The notes under the pieces are model-generated. The model saw nothing but the letters and a program-made list of their open reading frames with translations. It was not told the origin of the DNA and did not search any database. From Candidatus Dormibacteria bacterium (GTDB lineage: Bacteria > Chloroflexota > Dormibacteria > Aeolococcales > Aeolococcaceae): 64,000 nucleotides of DNA. The DNA lies in NCBI GenBank assembly GCA_050011555.1, contig JBEKIT010000010.1:18720-82719 (forward strand). Direction: 5' to 3'. Position numbers and translations under genes: made by a program. Each line of letters starts with the position of its first letter. Within the stretch, counting starts at the first letter, position 1. Below are positions 44,646 through 53,912 of the stretch, piece by piece.

Positions 44646-45827
44646 ATGGCCCTCGAGCAGCAGCTTCGCGTACCCGGTCCGACCCCACTCCCCGAGCGCG
44701 TGGTGCGCTCCCAGTCGCGGCCGATGATTAACCATCGGGGTCCCGAGTTCGCGGCACTGATGTCCGACGTCTGTTCCGGCATCCAGGAGGTGCTGCGCAC
44801 GCGCAACGACGTGCTCCTCTACCCGTCGAGCGGGACGGGGGGGCTCGAGGCCGCGGTCGCCAACCTGCTGAGCCCGGGCGAGAAGGCGCTGTTCTGCTCG
44901 GTCGGCTCGTTCGGTGACCGCTGGACCGACATCGCGGTCGCCTATGGCGTCGACGCGGTCCGGCTCAAGATGCCCGAGGGAGAGGCCATCGACCCCGAGG
45001 ACGTGGAGCGGCTCCTAGCCGAGAACCCGACCATCGAGAAGGTCTTCGTCACCCACAACGAGACCTCGACCGGGGTGACCAACGACATGCCGGCGATCGC
45101 GGCCGTGGTCAAGGGCCGCGGCAAGCTGATCGCGGTGGACTCGGTGAGCGGCGCGAGCTGCCTGCCGCTGGAGACGGACGCCCTCGGCCTGGACGTGGTC
45201 GTCTGCGGCTCGCAGAAGGGATGGATGGCGCCTCCTGGGCTGGCCATGATCGCGGTCTCGAAGGACGCTTACGCGGCCGCCGAGAAGGCCAAGCTGCCCC
45301 GCTGGTACTTCGATTTCGCGCGCGAGAAGAAGTTCCAGGAGCGCAACCAGACCTACACGACCCCGCCGGTCAGCGTGATGTACGCGATGCAGGAGGGCCT
45401 GCGCATCATCCTCGAGGAGGGCGTCGAGAACGTCTGGGCGCGCCACGCCCAGGTGGGGGCGATGATCCGAGCCGGAGTCGAGGCCGCCGGGCTCCGCCTC
45501 TTCGCGGCCAAGCCCTATCGCAGCAACGCCGTGACCCCGATCCACAACCCCGCCGCGACCCCCGAGGAGCTCTCCAAGCTGCTCACCCTGCTGCGCACCA
45601 AGCACGGGCTCGTGCTCGCAGGTGGCCAGGGCGACCTCAAGGGCAAGATCTTCCGGATCGGCCACCTCGGCGCCATCGAGGTTGGCGACGTGTACATGAT
45701 CCTCGCCTCCCTGGAGCTGGCTCTCAGCGAGATGGGCCTGCTCAGCCGGGTGGGCCTGATGGTGCCCGCCGCCCAGGCGGTGGCCCGCGAGACGGCGGTC
45801 AGCGCCGAGCCCGCGGGAGTCCACTGA
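44646..45827 (+). CDS. Class V aminotransferase, AGXT/serine-pyruvate or archaeal-type phosphoserine aminotransferase family
   Basis: ATG 44646 after AGGAG. GPTPLPERV, HRGPEF, THNETSTGV and the PLP lysine in GSQKGWMAPPG. Confidence 0.85.
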   Translation: MALEQQLRVPGPTPLPERVVRSQSRPMINHRGPEFAALMSDVCSGIQEVLRTRNDVLLYPSSGTGGLEAAVANLLSPGEKALFCSVGSFGDRWTDIAVAYGVDAVRLKMPEGEAIDPEDVERLLAENPTIEKVFVTHNETSTGVTNDMPAIAAVVKGRGKLIAVDSVSGASCLPLETDALGLDVVVCGSQKGWMAPPGLAMIAVSKDAYAAAEKAKLPRWYFDFAREKKFQERNQTYTTPPVSVMYAMQEGLRIILEEGVENVWARHAQVGAMIRAGVEAAGLRLFAAKPYRSNAVTPIHNPAATPEELSKLLTLLRTKHGLVLAGGQGDLKGKIFRIGHLGAIEVGDVYMILASLELALSEMGLLSRVGLMVPAAQAVARETAVSAEPAGVH

Positions 45828-47458
45828 TGTCGGTGGCGGCCACACCCGGCGCGGCCGGTGGCCGGACCGTCATCTCTCCGACCGTGCGCATCCTGGTCTC
45901 CGACCCGATCGCGGCCGATGGGGTGGAGCGGCTCCGCGCCGCCGGCGAGGTCGAGGTCGCGACCGGTCTCTCCCCCGAGGAGCTGAAGCGGCGGATCGCC
46001 GACGTCGACGCGCTGGTGGTGCGCAGCGAGACCAAGGTCACCGCCGAGGTGCTCGACGCGGCACGGCGTCTCCGGGTCGTCGGACGAGCCGGGGTGGGTG
46101 TCGACAACATCGACTTGGACGCCGCCACCCGGCACGGGGTGCTGGTGCTCAACGCGCCGACAGGCAACACCATCGCTGCCGCCGAGCACACCGTGGGGAT
46201 GATGCTGGCGCTCGCCCGCAACATCGCCCGCGCCGACGCCTCGATGCACGAGGGCCGGTGGGACCGGAAGGCGTTCATGGGGACCGAGCTCCGGGAGAAG
46301 ACGCTGGGGCTGCTCGGGCTCGGCAAGATCGGCTTCGAGGTGGCCAGGATCGCCTCCCAGGGCCTCAAGATGCGGGTCATCGCCGACGACCCCCTGGTGA
46401 CCGCCGAGCGGGCGGAGCAGGCGGGGGCCGAGCTGGTGGACTTCGACACCCTGCTGGCGCAGTCGGACTTCCTGAGCGTCCACGTCCCCCTCAACGACAA
46501 GACGCGCGGCGTGATCGGAGCCGCCGAGCTGGCTCGGATGAAGAAGGGCGCCCGGCTGATCAACGTCGCCCGCGGCGGCATCATCGACGAGCAGGCGCTC
46601 GCCGACGCCGTTCGTGAAGGGCACATCGGCGGCGCCGCCATCGATGTGTTCACCAAGGAGCCGGCGCTCCCCGAGAACCCGCTGCTCGCCGTCCCGGGGC
46701 TGCTCTTCACCCCCCACCTCGGGGCCAGCACCACCGAGGCCCAGGTCAACGTGGCCACCGACGTGGCCGATCAGATCGTCCAGTACCTGAGCGGCGGGGG
46801 TCCACGCTACGCCGTCAACCTGCCCACCGTGCAGCCCGAGGAGATGGCTCGGCTCCGGCCCTACCTGACGCTCGCCGAGAAGATGGGGTCGCTGGCGGCC
46901 CAGCTCGCCGGCGAGAAGGTGAGCCGGGTGGTCTGCAGCTATGCGGGGGAGCTGAGTCAGGTCGATCCGAGCCTGCTCACCGCCGAGGTGCTGCGCGGGC
47001 TCTTCGGCCACTTCACCGACACCCGGGTCAACGCTATCAACGCCAAGCTGGTGGCCAAGGACCACGGCGTGGCAGTCGAGGAGCGGACCACCACCCGCGA
47101 CCTGGACCACGCCGACGCGCTGCTGGTCGAGGTGATCGGCAAGGAGCGCCTGATCCTGGTCGGCACCCAGTTCGAGGGTCAGCCGCGGATCACCCGGATC
47201 AACGACTTCCGGGTCGACATGGAGCCCAATGGTGTCTTCCTCGTGGTCCAGCACAACGATCGCCCCGGGGTCATCGCCAAGGTCTCCGGTCTTCTGGCCA
47301 GCAATGACATCAACATCGCCGGCATCGAGCTGGGCCGCGACCATCCGCGGGGCCAGGCGGTGATGCTGATGCAGGTCGACGACCCGGTCGGATCCGAGCT
47401 TCAGGTGGCTCTTCGCGAGATCGCCGACCTGGAGTCGCTCCGCGTCGTCACATTGTAG
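45827..47458 (+). CDS. serA: D-3-phosphoglycerate dehydrogenase (long form with ASB and ACT domains)
   Basis: GRAGVGVDNIDL, GLLGLGKIG, NVARGGIIDE and HLGAST, with a C-terminal ACT domain (VVQHNDRPGVIAKV). The ATG shares one base with the upstream TGA. Confidence 0.9.
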   Translation: MSVAATPGAAGGRTVISPTVRILVSDPIAADGVERLRAAGEVEVATGLSPEELKRRIADVDALVVRSETKVTAEVLDAARRLRVVGRAGVGVDNIDLDAATRHGVLVLNAPTGNTIAAAEHTVGMMLALARNIARADASMHEGRWDRKAFMGTELREKTLGLLGLGKIGFEVARIASQGLKMRVIADDPLVTAERAEQAGAELVDFDTLLAQSDFLSVHVPLNDKTRGVIGAAELARMKKGARLINVARGGIIDEQALADAVREGHIGGAAIDVFTKEPALPENPLLAVPGLLFTPHLGASTTEAQVNVATDVADQIVQYLSGGGPRYAVNLPTVQPEEMARLRPYLTLAEKMGSLAAQLAGEKVSRVVCSYAGELSQVDPSLLTAEVLRGLFGHFTDTRVNAINAKLVAKDHGVAVEERTTTRDLDHADALLVEVIGKERLILVGTQFEGQPRITRINDFRVDMEPNGVFLVVQHNDRPGVIAKVSGLLASNDINIAGIELGRDHPRGQAVMLMQVDDPVGSELQVALREIADLESLRVVTL

Positions 47459-48733
47459 TTGGCAGGACTGCATCTCCTCCGGGGGGTCCGGTTCGACCCC
47501 GAGCACGTACGGCTCGGAGGTGTCCTGGCGCCTCCGTACGACGTGATCGACCCGGCCCGGCGGGAGGAGCTGTACGGGCGCGACCTTCGCAACGTGGTGC
47601 GCATCGACTTCGGCCAGAGGTACCCGGACGACATCGCCGGCGAGAACGACGTCTACACCCGGGCGGCGGCACACCTCCGCAGCTGGCTCGACCTCGGCAT
47701 CCTGATCCGGGACGAGCGACCGGGCCTCTACCTGGTGGCCCACGAGTTCGTGGCCCTCGACGGCGCCGCGCGCCGCCGGCTCGGACTGCTGGGTCGGGTC
47801 CCGGCCCTGCCGTGGGATCGCTCCGAGGTTCGCCCCCACGAGCTGACCCTGCGCGGGCCCAAGGAGGACCGGCTGGCGCTGATGCGGGCGACCCGGGCCC
47901 AGACCTCCCCGGCGTGGGTGCTCTGGGATGGCGCTCCCGGGCTCGGCGTGCGGCTCGGGGAGATCGCGGAGGGGCGGGCGCTCCTGGGTGGGCGCTTCGA
48001 GGGTGAGATGGGATCGGAAAAGGTGCTGGTGTGGCAGGTGGCCGCCACGGCAGACCTCGCCGAGATCGACTCCCTGCTCGCCCCGGCGACCCTCTACATC
48101 GCCGACGGCCATCACCGCTTCGAGACCATGGCCGCCTACGCGGCGGAGCGGCGTGCCGCCGGGGACGCCGACGGGGCGGACAGCCAGTTCGCCCTGGTGT
48201 ACGCCAGCGCCGCGGACGATCCCGCCCTGGTGGTGCTCCCGATCCACCGCATGGTGCGCCCGCGGCCGGGGCTGCCGGCGCGCGGCGCCGAGCTGCTGGC
48301 CCGGGTGGGCGACGGCTGGGAGCTGGAGCCGGTCGATGACGCCCTGGCCGCCCACGCGCGCCTCGGCGAGCGCCGGACCGCCGACCACGCCTGCGTCCTG
48401 GTCGCACCCGACGGCGCCGCCATCCTCTGGCGCCGGCGCGGCGAGGTCGGCTCGCGCCGCGACGCCCTGGACGTCGCGGTGCTCCAGTCCGAGGTGATCG
48501 GAGCGTGCGGGATCGGCGAGGCCGATCTGCGCGAGGGCGCGCTCACCTACACCCGCGACCCCGCCGAGGCGGTGGAGGCGGTGCGCAACGGCCGGGCGGC
48601 GCTCGCCTTCCTGGTCTCTCCCTGCACGAGCCAGGAGGTGATCGCGATCGCCGACGCCGGCGAGACCATGCCCCAGAAGTCGACGTACTTCTATCCGAAG
48701 GTCCCCACCGGGCTGGTCATCTCCCCACTCTGA
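47459..48733 (+). CDS. DUF1015-family protein
   Basis: LRGVRFDP...APPYDVI, YIADGHHRF and MPQKSTYFYPKVPTGL are hallmark DUF1015 motifs. The TTG start immediately follows the serA TAG. Confidence 0.8.
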   Translation: MAGLHLLRGVRFDPEHVRLGGVLAPPYDVIDPARREELYGRDLRNVVRIDFGQRYPDDIAGENDVYTRAAAHLRSWLDLGILIRDERPGLYLVAHEFVALDGAARRRLGLLGRVPALPWDRSEVRPHELTLRGPKEDRLALMRATRAQTSPAWVLWDGAPGLGVRLGEIAEGRALLGGRFEGEMGSEKVLVWQVAATADLAEIDSLLAPATLYIADGHHRFETMAAYAAERRAAGDADGADSQFALVYASAADDPALVVLPIHRMVRPRPGLPARGAELLARVGDGWELEPVDDALAAHARLGERRTADHACVLVAPDGAAILWRRRGEVGSRRDALDVAVLQSEVIGACGIGEADLREGALTYTRDPAEAVEAVRNGRAALAFLVSPCTSQEVIAIADAGETMPQKSTYFYPKVPTGLVISPL

Positions 48734-48744
48734 GCCCCTGGAAG

Positions 48745-48760
48745 GCTCACGCTCGTGAGC
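48745..48760. terminator. Palindrome GCTCACG-CT-CGTGAGC between convergent genes
   Basis: 7-bp arms located 12 nt after the DUF1015 stop. Confidence 0.3.
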
Positions 48761-48844
48761 AGGGTCAAGGTGGCGGCGAGATGGCGACTCACGGCGGGCC
48801 CGTCACCCCGCTGAATGCCCGGGGCCGACGCTCGCCGCCGATGA

Positions 48845-49420
48845 TCAGGCCTGGTGGGGTGGTGACGATGCCTCCGCCGGCCGCCAGCGGTCCCGGGACA
48901 TCCGCCAGAGCCGGAAGGTGCCGGACTCGGCGGGCGCGGCCGCCGCCCTCGGGTACTCCTCGACGAGGGTGAAGCCGAGCTTGCGGGGCACGCCCTCGCT
49001 GGCGACGTTGGCCCGGTCGTGGTGGATCTCCACCACGGTGATGCTGGGAAGGGTGAAGGCCGCCGTGGTGAGCGCCGCGGCGGCCTTGGTGGCGTAGCCC
49101 CGGCCGGTGTGCGCCGAGTGCACCCAGTACCCGATCTCCAGCCCCGTGGGTCCGATGCGGCGGTGGAGCCCGAAGCCGCCTGCCACCAGCGGGCCGAGGA
49201 AGAGCCCGTACACGAGGTCTCCTCCCGTGTCCCATTCCCGCTCCCAGCGCGCCAGGGTGGTACGGCGCTCCTCGACGGTGACCCGGCCCGCCCAGGGCAT
49301 CCATGGCAGCAGGTGCTCCCGGCTCTCGGCGATCGCCTGCGACTGCGCCTCGGCGTCGGCGGTGCGCCACCGCCGCAGGACCAGCCCGCCACCGAGGTCG
49401 ATGATCTCGGGCGCCGTCAT
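48845..49420 (-). CDS. GNAT N-acetyltransferase (RimJ/RimL-like)
   Basis: LRRW...HLLPWMPW...IGYWV...GRGYATKAAAAL...HDRANVASEGVPRKLGF. Confidence 0.85.
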   Translation of the reverse strand: MTAPEIIDLGGGLVLRRWRTADAEAQSQAIAESREHLLPWMPWAGRVTVEERRTTLARWEREWDTGGDLVYGLFLGPLVAGGFGLHRRIGPTGLEIGYWVHSAHTGRGYATKAAAALTTAAFTLPSITVVEIHHDRANVASEGVPRKLGFTLVEEYPRAAAAPAESGTFRLWRMSRDRWRPAEASSPPHQA

Positions 49421-50121
49421 CAGCTCGATCCCACGAACTCCGCCACGGTATCGACGAATCGCTGCCGCTCCCGGATCAGGAAGAAGAGGTGGCCGCCCCG
49501 GAAGGTGACCAGCTCGGAGCCCGGGATCTCGCGGTGCATCTCCTCCGCCATCGCGAGCGGGGCGGCCCGGTCGCGGCGGCCGTGCAGGACGACCGTGGGG
49601 ATCGCCAGCTGGTGGAGCCGGGGTCCGGCGTCGTACCCGTCCGAGGCCTGGAGCTGGCGGACAAACGCATAGCGCGGTTGCGGGTGCTTGCTCCGGAAGA
49701 GCCTCATCCCGGAGAGGATCGGGGAGAGGTGCCGCCGGCGCCAGCTTCGGACCACCCGCGGGGAGGTGGAGACGAGGATCAGCCTCTCGACCCGGTCGGG
49801 ATGCCCCAGCGCCAGCTCCATGGCGATGCGGCCTCCGAGAGAGATCCCCAGCACGCAGGCTCGGGCCACGCCCATGCTGTCCAGGACGCCCAGCGCGTCG
49901 GCCGCCATGATCTCGATCGAATAAGGCTGGTCAGGCTTGTCGGTGCGCCCCGCGCCGCGGTTGTCGAAGGCGATGACCTGGCAGCCGTTGGCGAGCTGAT
50001 CGATGAGCGACGTGTACTCGGAGACATCGGCGCCCAGCCCGAGGATGAGCAGGAGCGGGCGGCCCCGGCCGCGGACCTCGCAGTGGATGCGGATGCGGTT
50101 CACGTCGACGGTATCCGTCAT
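49420..50121 (-). CDS. Alpha/beta-fold hydrolase
   Basis: From ATG 50121. LLLILGLG, the nucleophile elbow GISLGG, and LHGRRD...GGH. Its stop shares one base with the GNAT ATG. Confidence 0.8.
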   Translation of the reverse strand: MTDTVDVNRIRIHCEVRGRGRPLLLILGLGADVSEYTSLIDQLANGCQVIAFDNRGAGRTDKPDQPYSIEIMAADALGVLDSMGVARACVLGISLGGRIAMELALGHPDRVERLILVSTSPRVVRSWRRRHLSPILSGMRLFRSKHPQPRYAFVRQLQASDGYDAGPRLHQLAIPTVVLHGRRDRAAPLAMAEEMHREIPGSELVTFRGGHLFFLIRERQRFVDTVAEFVGSS

Positions 50122-50135
50122 GCCGCCTCCGCACC

Positions 50136-51056
50136 CTACGCCGAGGGTTGGCCCACCCGCAGCAGGTCTCGCACCGCCACCCGCAGCGTGGCGGCGAGCT
50201 CGGCCGGATCCGGGGCGGGGGTGCCCGGCTGCATCGCCAGGGCCGCGCCGGAGACGACCACGGCCAGCGACCCGGCCATCCGGACCCGCTCGTCGAGGCT
50301 GAGCGCCGGGTCGGCGAGCCGCTGCAGGAAGAGCTGCTCGGGCTCCACCTCCGGCCCCCCGTGGTCCTTGCGGTGCACCTCCCCGATGGCGGTGGCGTTG
50401 CGCTGGTACATGAGGAAGAGCCGGCTGTGAGCCGCCAGCTGCTCGATGAGCCAGTCGAGGAAGTCGAGCCACGATCCCGGACCGGTGGAGTCGCCGAGCC
50501 GTGCCATCGCGCTGTGCATCAGCTCGTGGACCGGCATGTGCAGGGTGGTGACGATGTCTTCCTTGGACTGGAAGTGGTAGTAGAGGGCGGCCTTGGTGAC
50601 CCCGACCCGCTCGGCGATCTCCCGGAGCGAGGTCTTGTCGTAGCCCTGCTCCACGAAGAGGTCCAGGGCGACGTCGAGGATGCGCTGACGGGTCTCGCCG
50701 GATATCGCCCCGGCCCCGCGAGGGCGGATGAGCACGCGGCGACCCCGCCGCCCGAGCGGTCCCCCCTTCGTCCGGGTCGCCGCGCCGTCCGGCACCGAAT
50801 CCGGGCTGGTGCCCGCGGAGGGAGCAGGCGCTGGAGGCGGCGGGGAGGGAGGGGGCGGGGGTGCGGGAGGCGGTGCGGCGAGAGGCGATGCGGGTGCGGA
50901 AGGCGGCGCGGGGGTGGGGGCGGGTGAGGACGCGGAGGCTGGTGGAGGAGGTCCCAGGGGCGCGGCCACTGGTGGACGAGGTGCCGCCGGCGCGGCGGCC
51001 GGGATCGGAGCCCCGACGTCCGCGGGGTCGCTCCCCATCGGCTCGCCGGCCATCAT
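50136..51056 (-). CDS. TetR family transcriptional regulator (possibly with a 107-aa Pro/Ala-rich N-terminal extension)
   Basis: Tet[44 protein letters not shown]. The longest ORF starts at ATG 51056. An alternative GTG at 50735 gives a typical 199-aa TetR. GC3 is lower in the extension. Confidence 0.75.
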   Translation of the reverse strand: MMAGEPMGSDPADVGAPIPAAAPAAPRPPVAAPLGPPPPASASSPAPTPAPPSAPASPLAAPPPAPPPPPSPPPPAPAPSAGTSPDSVPDGAATRTKGGPLGRRGRRVLIRPRGAGAISGETRQRILDVALDLFVEQGYDKTSLREIAERVGVTKAALYYHFQSKEDIVTTLHMPVHELMHSAMARLGDSTGPGSWLDFLDWLIEQLAAHSRLFLMYQRNATAIGEVHRKDHGGPEVEPEQLFLQRLADPALSLDERVRMAGSLAVVVSGAALAMQPGTPAPDPAELAATLRVAVRDLLRVGQPSA

Positions 51057-51076
51057 GAGTTCTTTACTTGACGACC

Positions 51077-51111
51077 GGTAAGCGCATTACTTACCATACG
51101 GTCAGTAAGTA
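51077..51111. promoter_or_regulatory. Overlapping inverted repeats built on GGTAAG/CTTACC and TACTTAC/GTAAGTA (candidate TetR operator)
   Basis: GGTAAG-N7-CTTACC at 51077-51095 and TACTTAC-N10-GTAAGTA at 51088-51111. They lie in the AT-rich TetR/ABC divergent spacer. Confidence 0.45.
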
Positions 51112-51185
51112 TACGTCCGGTAGGCGCCTGAGTGGACCTCAGCCACCGGATCCGAGCGCAGAAGTAGTTGCATCTGCGCGCTATC

Positions 51186-51197
51186 ACGATATATCGT
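51186..51197. promoter_or_regulatory. Perfect 12-bp palindrome ACGATATATCGT overlapping a -10-like element
   Basis: The sequence is its own reverse complement. TTGCAT (51168-51173) lies 16 nt upstream of TATATC (51190-51195). The flanking hairpin is GCGCAGA-N10-TCTGCGC at 51156-51179. Confidence 0.5.
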
Positions 51198-51294
51198 TAT
51201 ACTACGTCGACACCACCCATGAGGGTTCCCCACATGCACCACATCGTAATCGGGACCCGGCCGGCCGGCTCCGGCCCACCGAGGAGGGCCTGAG

Positions 51295-52275
51295 ATGCCC
51301 GCCACGGCCATGATCGAGGCGGAGGGACTGGTCAAGCGCTACGGGACCACCGTCGCCCTGGCGGGTGTCGACCTCTCCGTCCCCCCCGGGGCGATCCTCG
51401 GCGTGCTGGGGCCCAACGGCGCCGGCAAGACCACCGCGATCCGCATCCTCACCACCCTGAGCCACCCCGACGAGGGGCGGGCGAGGGTTGCCGGCTTCGA
51501 CGTCGCGTCCCATCCCGCCGAGGTGCGGCGGCGGATCGGGGTCGCGGCCCAGGACACCACCCTCGACGAGCTGCTCACCGGCCGGCAGAACCTGGTGATG
51601 ATCGGACAGCTGAGCGGGCTCCGGCGCTCCGAGGCCCAGCGGCGCGCGACCGACCTGCTGGAGCGGCTGGAGCTGAGCGACGCCGCGGACCGCCTCACCA
51701 AGGGCTACTCGGGTGGCATGCGCCGCCGGCTCGATCTCGCCGCCAGCATGATCATGGCGCCTCCCGTGCTCTTCCTCGACGAACCCACCACCGGCCTCGA
51801 CCCGGCGAGCCGGCTCGGGGTCTGGGAGGTGATCCGGGGGATGGTGGGCGACGGCTGCACCGTCCTGCTCACCACCCAGTACCTCGACGAGGCCGACCAC
51901 CTCGCCGACACCATCGCCGTCTTCGACCACGGGCGGGTGATCGCCAGCGGAACCCCTCAGCAGCTCAAGTCGGAGACCGGCTCGGCCCGCCTGGAGGTGA
52001 CCCTCAGCGCGCCCCGCCCGGAGGCGGTGCTCGCCCTGCGGCCGCTGCTCGAGGGGGAGGTCCATGTCAGCCACGACGGGCGGCGGCTGCGCGCGGCGGT
52101 CCGCAACCAGGACGGCCTGGCCACGGCGGCGGTCCGAGCCCTCGACCGCGCCGGCATCCTGGTCGACGACGTCCAGGTGCACCAGCCCTCCCTCGACGAC
52201 GTCTTCCTCGCCCTCACCGGGCGCGAGGCCGCCGACGACGAGACAGCCGCCGAGCCGGAGGAGGCGACCGCATGA
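51295..52275 (+). CDS. ABC transporter ATP-binding protein (DrrA/ABC-2 type)
   Basis: Walker A GPNGAGKTT, signature YSGGMRRRL, and Walker B VLFLDEPTTGLD. Confidence 0.9.
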   Translation: MPATAMIEAEGLVKRYGTTVALAGVDLSVPPGAILGVLGPNGAGKTTAIRILTTLSHPDEGRARVAGFDVASHPAEVRRRIGVAAQDTTLDELLTGRQNLVMIGQLSGLRRSEAQRRATDLLERLELSDAADRLTKGYSGGMRRRLDLAASMIMAPPVLFLDEPTTGLDPASRLGVWEVIRGMVGDGCTVLLTTQYLDEADHLADTIAVFDHGRVIASGTPQQLKSETGSARLEVTLSAPRPEAVLALRPLLEGEVHVSHDGRRLRAAVRNQDGLATAAVRALDRAGILVDDVQVHQPSLDDVFLALTGREAADDETAAEPEEATA

Positions 52276-53108
52276 GCGTCCGCACCGCCGCCATCCAGAC
52301 CGTCGAGCCCAACTGGCTCATTCAGAAGGTCCGGGAGATCCTGGTCCTGGTCCGCCGGAATCTTATCCACATCCTCCGCGAGCCGATGCAGCTCTCCGAC
52401 GTGACCCTCCAGCCGATCCTCTTCACCTTCCTCTTCATCTTCGTCTTCGGGTCGGGGATCCCGATCCCGGGAGGCAGCTACACCGACTTCGCCCTGGCCG
52501 GGCTGCTGGCCATGAACCTGATCACCTCGTCCAACGGGACCGCGGTGGGCCTGAGCACGGACCTCAACACCGGCCTCATCGACCGCCTCCGGTCGCTGCC
52601 GATGTGGCGACCCTCGATCCTCATCGCGCGATCGATCACCGACCTGCTCTCGGCGCTGGTCTGCACCGCCATCGTGGTGGCCGCGGGCCTGGTGGTGGGC
52701 TGGCGTCCCACCACCGGGGTGCTCTCGGTGGCCGCGGGGCTCGGCCTCGCGCTCCTCTTCACCTATGCGATCTGCTGGACCTTCGGCTGCGTCGGGCTGG
52801 TGGCCCGCAACATCGAGGCGGCGATGTCGATCGGCTTCATCGTCCTCTTCCCGATGGCGTTCGTCTCCAACGCGATGGTGCCGACCCAAGGGATGCCCGC
52901 CTGGCTGCGCGTCATCGCCGACTGGAACCCGGTGAGCGCGGTGACGGCGGCCTGCCGCCAGCTCTTCGGCAACCCCAACCCGTCGGCGCTGGTCCAGGAC
53001 TGGCCGATGCAGCACCCGGTGGTCGCCGCCCTGCTCTGGTCCGCAGCGCTGCTCGCCGTCTGCGTGCCCCTGGCCGTCTACCTCTTCCGGCGGCGCACCG
53101 CCGACTGA
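52272..53108 (+). CDS. ABC-2 type transporter permease (DrrB-like)
   Basis: Six TM helices, with an ATGA overlap with the ATPase gene. Confidence 0.85.
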   Translation: MSVRTAAIQTVEPNWLIQKVREILVLVRRNLIHILREPMQLSDVTLQPILFTFLFIFVFGSGIPIPGGSYTDFALAGLLAMNLITSSNGTAVGLSTDLNTGLIDRLRSLPMWRPSILIARSITDLLSALVCTAIVVAAGLVVGWRPTTGVLSVAAGLGLALLFTYAICWTFGCVGLVARNIEAAMSIGFIVLFPMAFVSNAMVPTQGMPAWLRVIADWNPVSAVTAACRQLFGNPNPSALVQDWPMQHPVVAALLWSAALLAVCVPLAVYLFRRRTAD

Positions 53109-53167
53109 GCGGCCCGGCATCGCACCGCCGATCAGTCCGGCACCGTAGCCGCGGCCGCGGTCGCGGC

Positions 53168-53818
53168 TCAGCTCGAGGTCGGACGCCCCGAGACGGCCAG
53201 CCCCACCCCGAGCCCGATCATCACCACCCCGCTGCCCCAATGGAGCCGGCGGAGGCGCCGCGGCGAACCCGTGAACCACGACCGGGCCGCGCTCGCCGCC
53301 AGCGCCCAGCAGCTGTCGGAGACCAGCGCGATCACGGTCCAGACCAGGCCGAGCACCAGCAGCTGGAGAGGGACGTGCCCGAGGCTGGGGTCGGCGAACT
53401 GGGGCAGCACCGCCGCGAAGAACACGGTCGTCTTGGGATTGCTGACCCCGACCACGAAGGCCTGCCAGGCGACCCGCCGCCGGGAGACCCCAGCGGATGC
53501 GCCGGGCGAGGAGCCGGATTGCGCGGTCAGCCGGCGGCTGCGGATGGTCTGGACGCCCAGGTACACCAGGTAGGCGGCCCCCGCCAGCTTCACCACCGTG
53601 AAGGCGACAGCCGACGCGGCCACCAGAGCTCCGATCCCCAGGGCCACGGCGCACACCTGAACCAGCTCACCGAGCTCGTTGCCCGCGACGGTCAGGAGCG
53701 CCAGGCGTCGCCGCCCCAGCGACAGCGAGCGGCTGACGATGAAGAGCACGCTCGGCCCCGGGAAGAGGATGACGAGCAGCGCCACGCCGGCGAAGGCCAG
53801 TGTCCGGCTGGGGTCCAT
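53168..53818 (-). CDS. LysE/RhtB family amino-acid exporter
   Basis: From ATG 53818. LVILFPGPSVLFIVSRSL, NPKTTVFF, and six TM helices. Confidence 0.85.
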   Translation of the reverse strand: MDPSRTLAFAGVALLVILFPGPSVLFIVSRSLSLGRRRLALLTVAGNELGELVQVCAVALGIGALVAASAVAFTVVKLAGAAYLVYLGVQTIRSRRLTAQSGSSPGASAGVSRRRVAWQAFVVGVSNPKTTVFFAAVLPQFADPSLGHVPLQLLVLGLVWTVIALVSDSCWALAASAARSWFTGSPRRLRRLHWGSGVVMIGLGVGLAVSGRPTSS

Positions 53819-53912
53819 CGGCGAAGGATAGCCTGAGCCTCGAACACGGGCTGAGCCGGCGGTCGCGGTCTCCGCGGCCGCGGACGGCGCCCGACCTGGC
53901 AAAGTCGCGGGC

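Noticed and set aside
45515-48388. Very long antisense or alternative-frame ORFs: 45515..48388(-), 1933..3255(-), 6068..7624(-), 9606..11114(-), 10196..11986(+), 22198..23328(+), 23300..24424(-), 35674..36693(-)
   Set aside because: They lie opposite to or overlapping genes with clear family signatures. They translate to low-complexity Arg/Gly/Pro/Asp-rich sequences and lack the high GC3 of the real frames.
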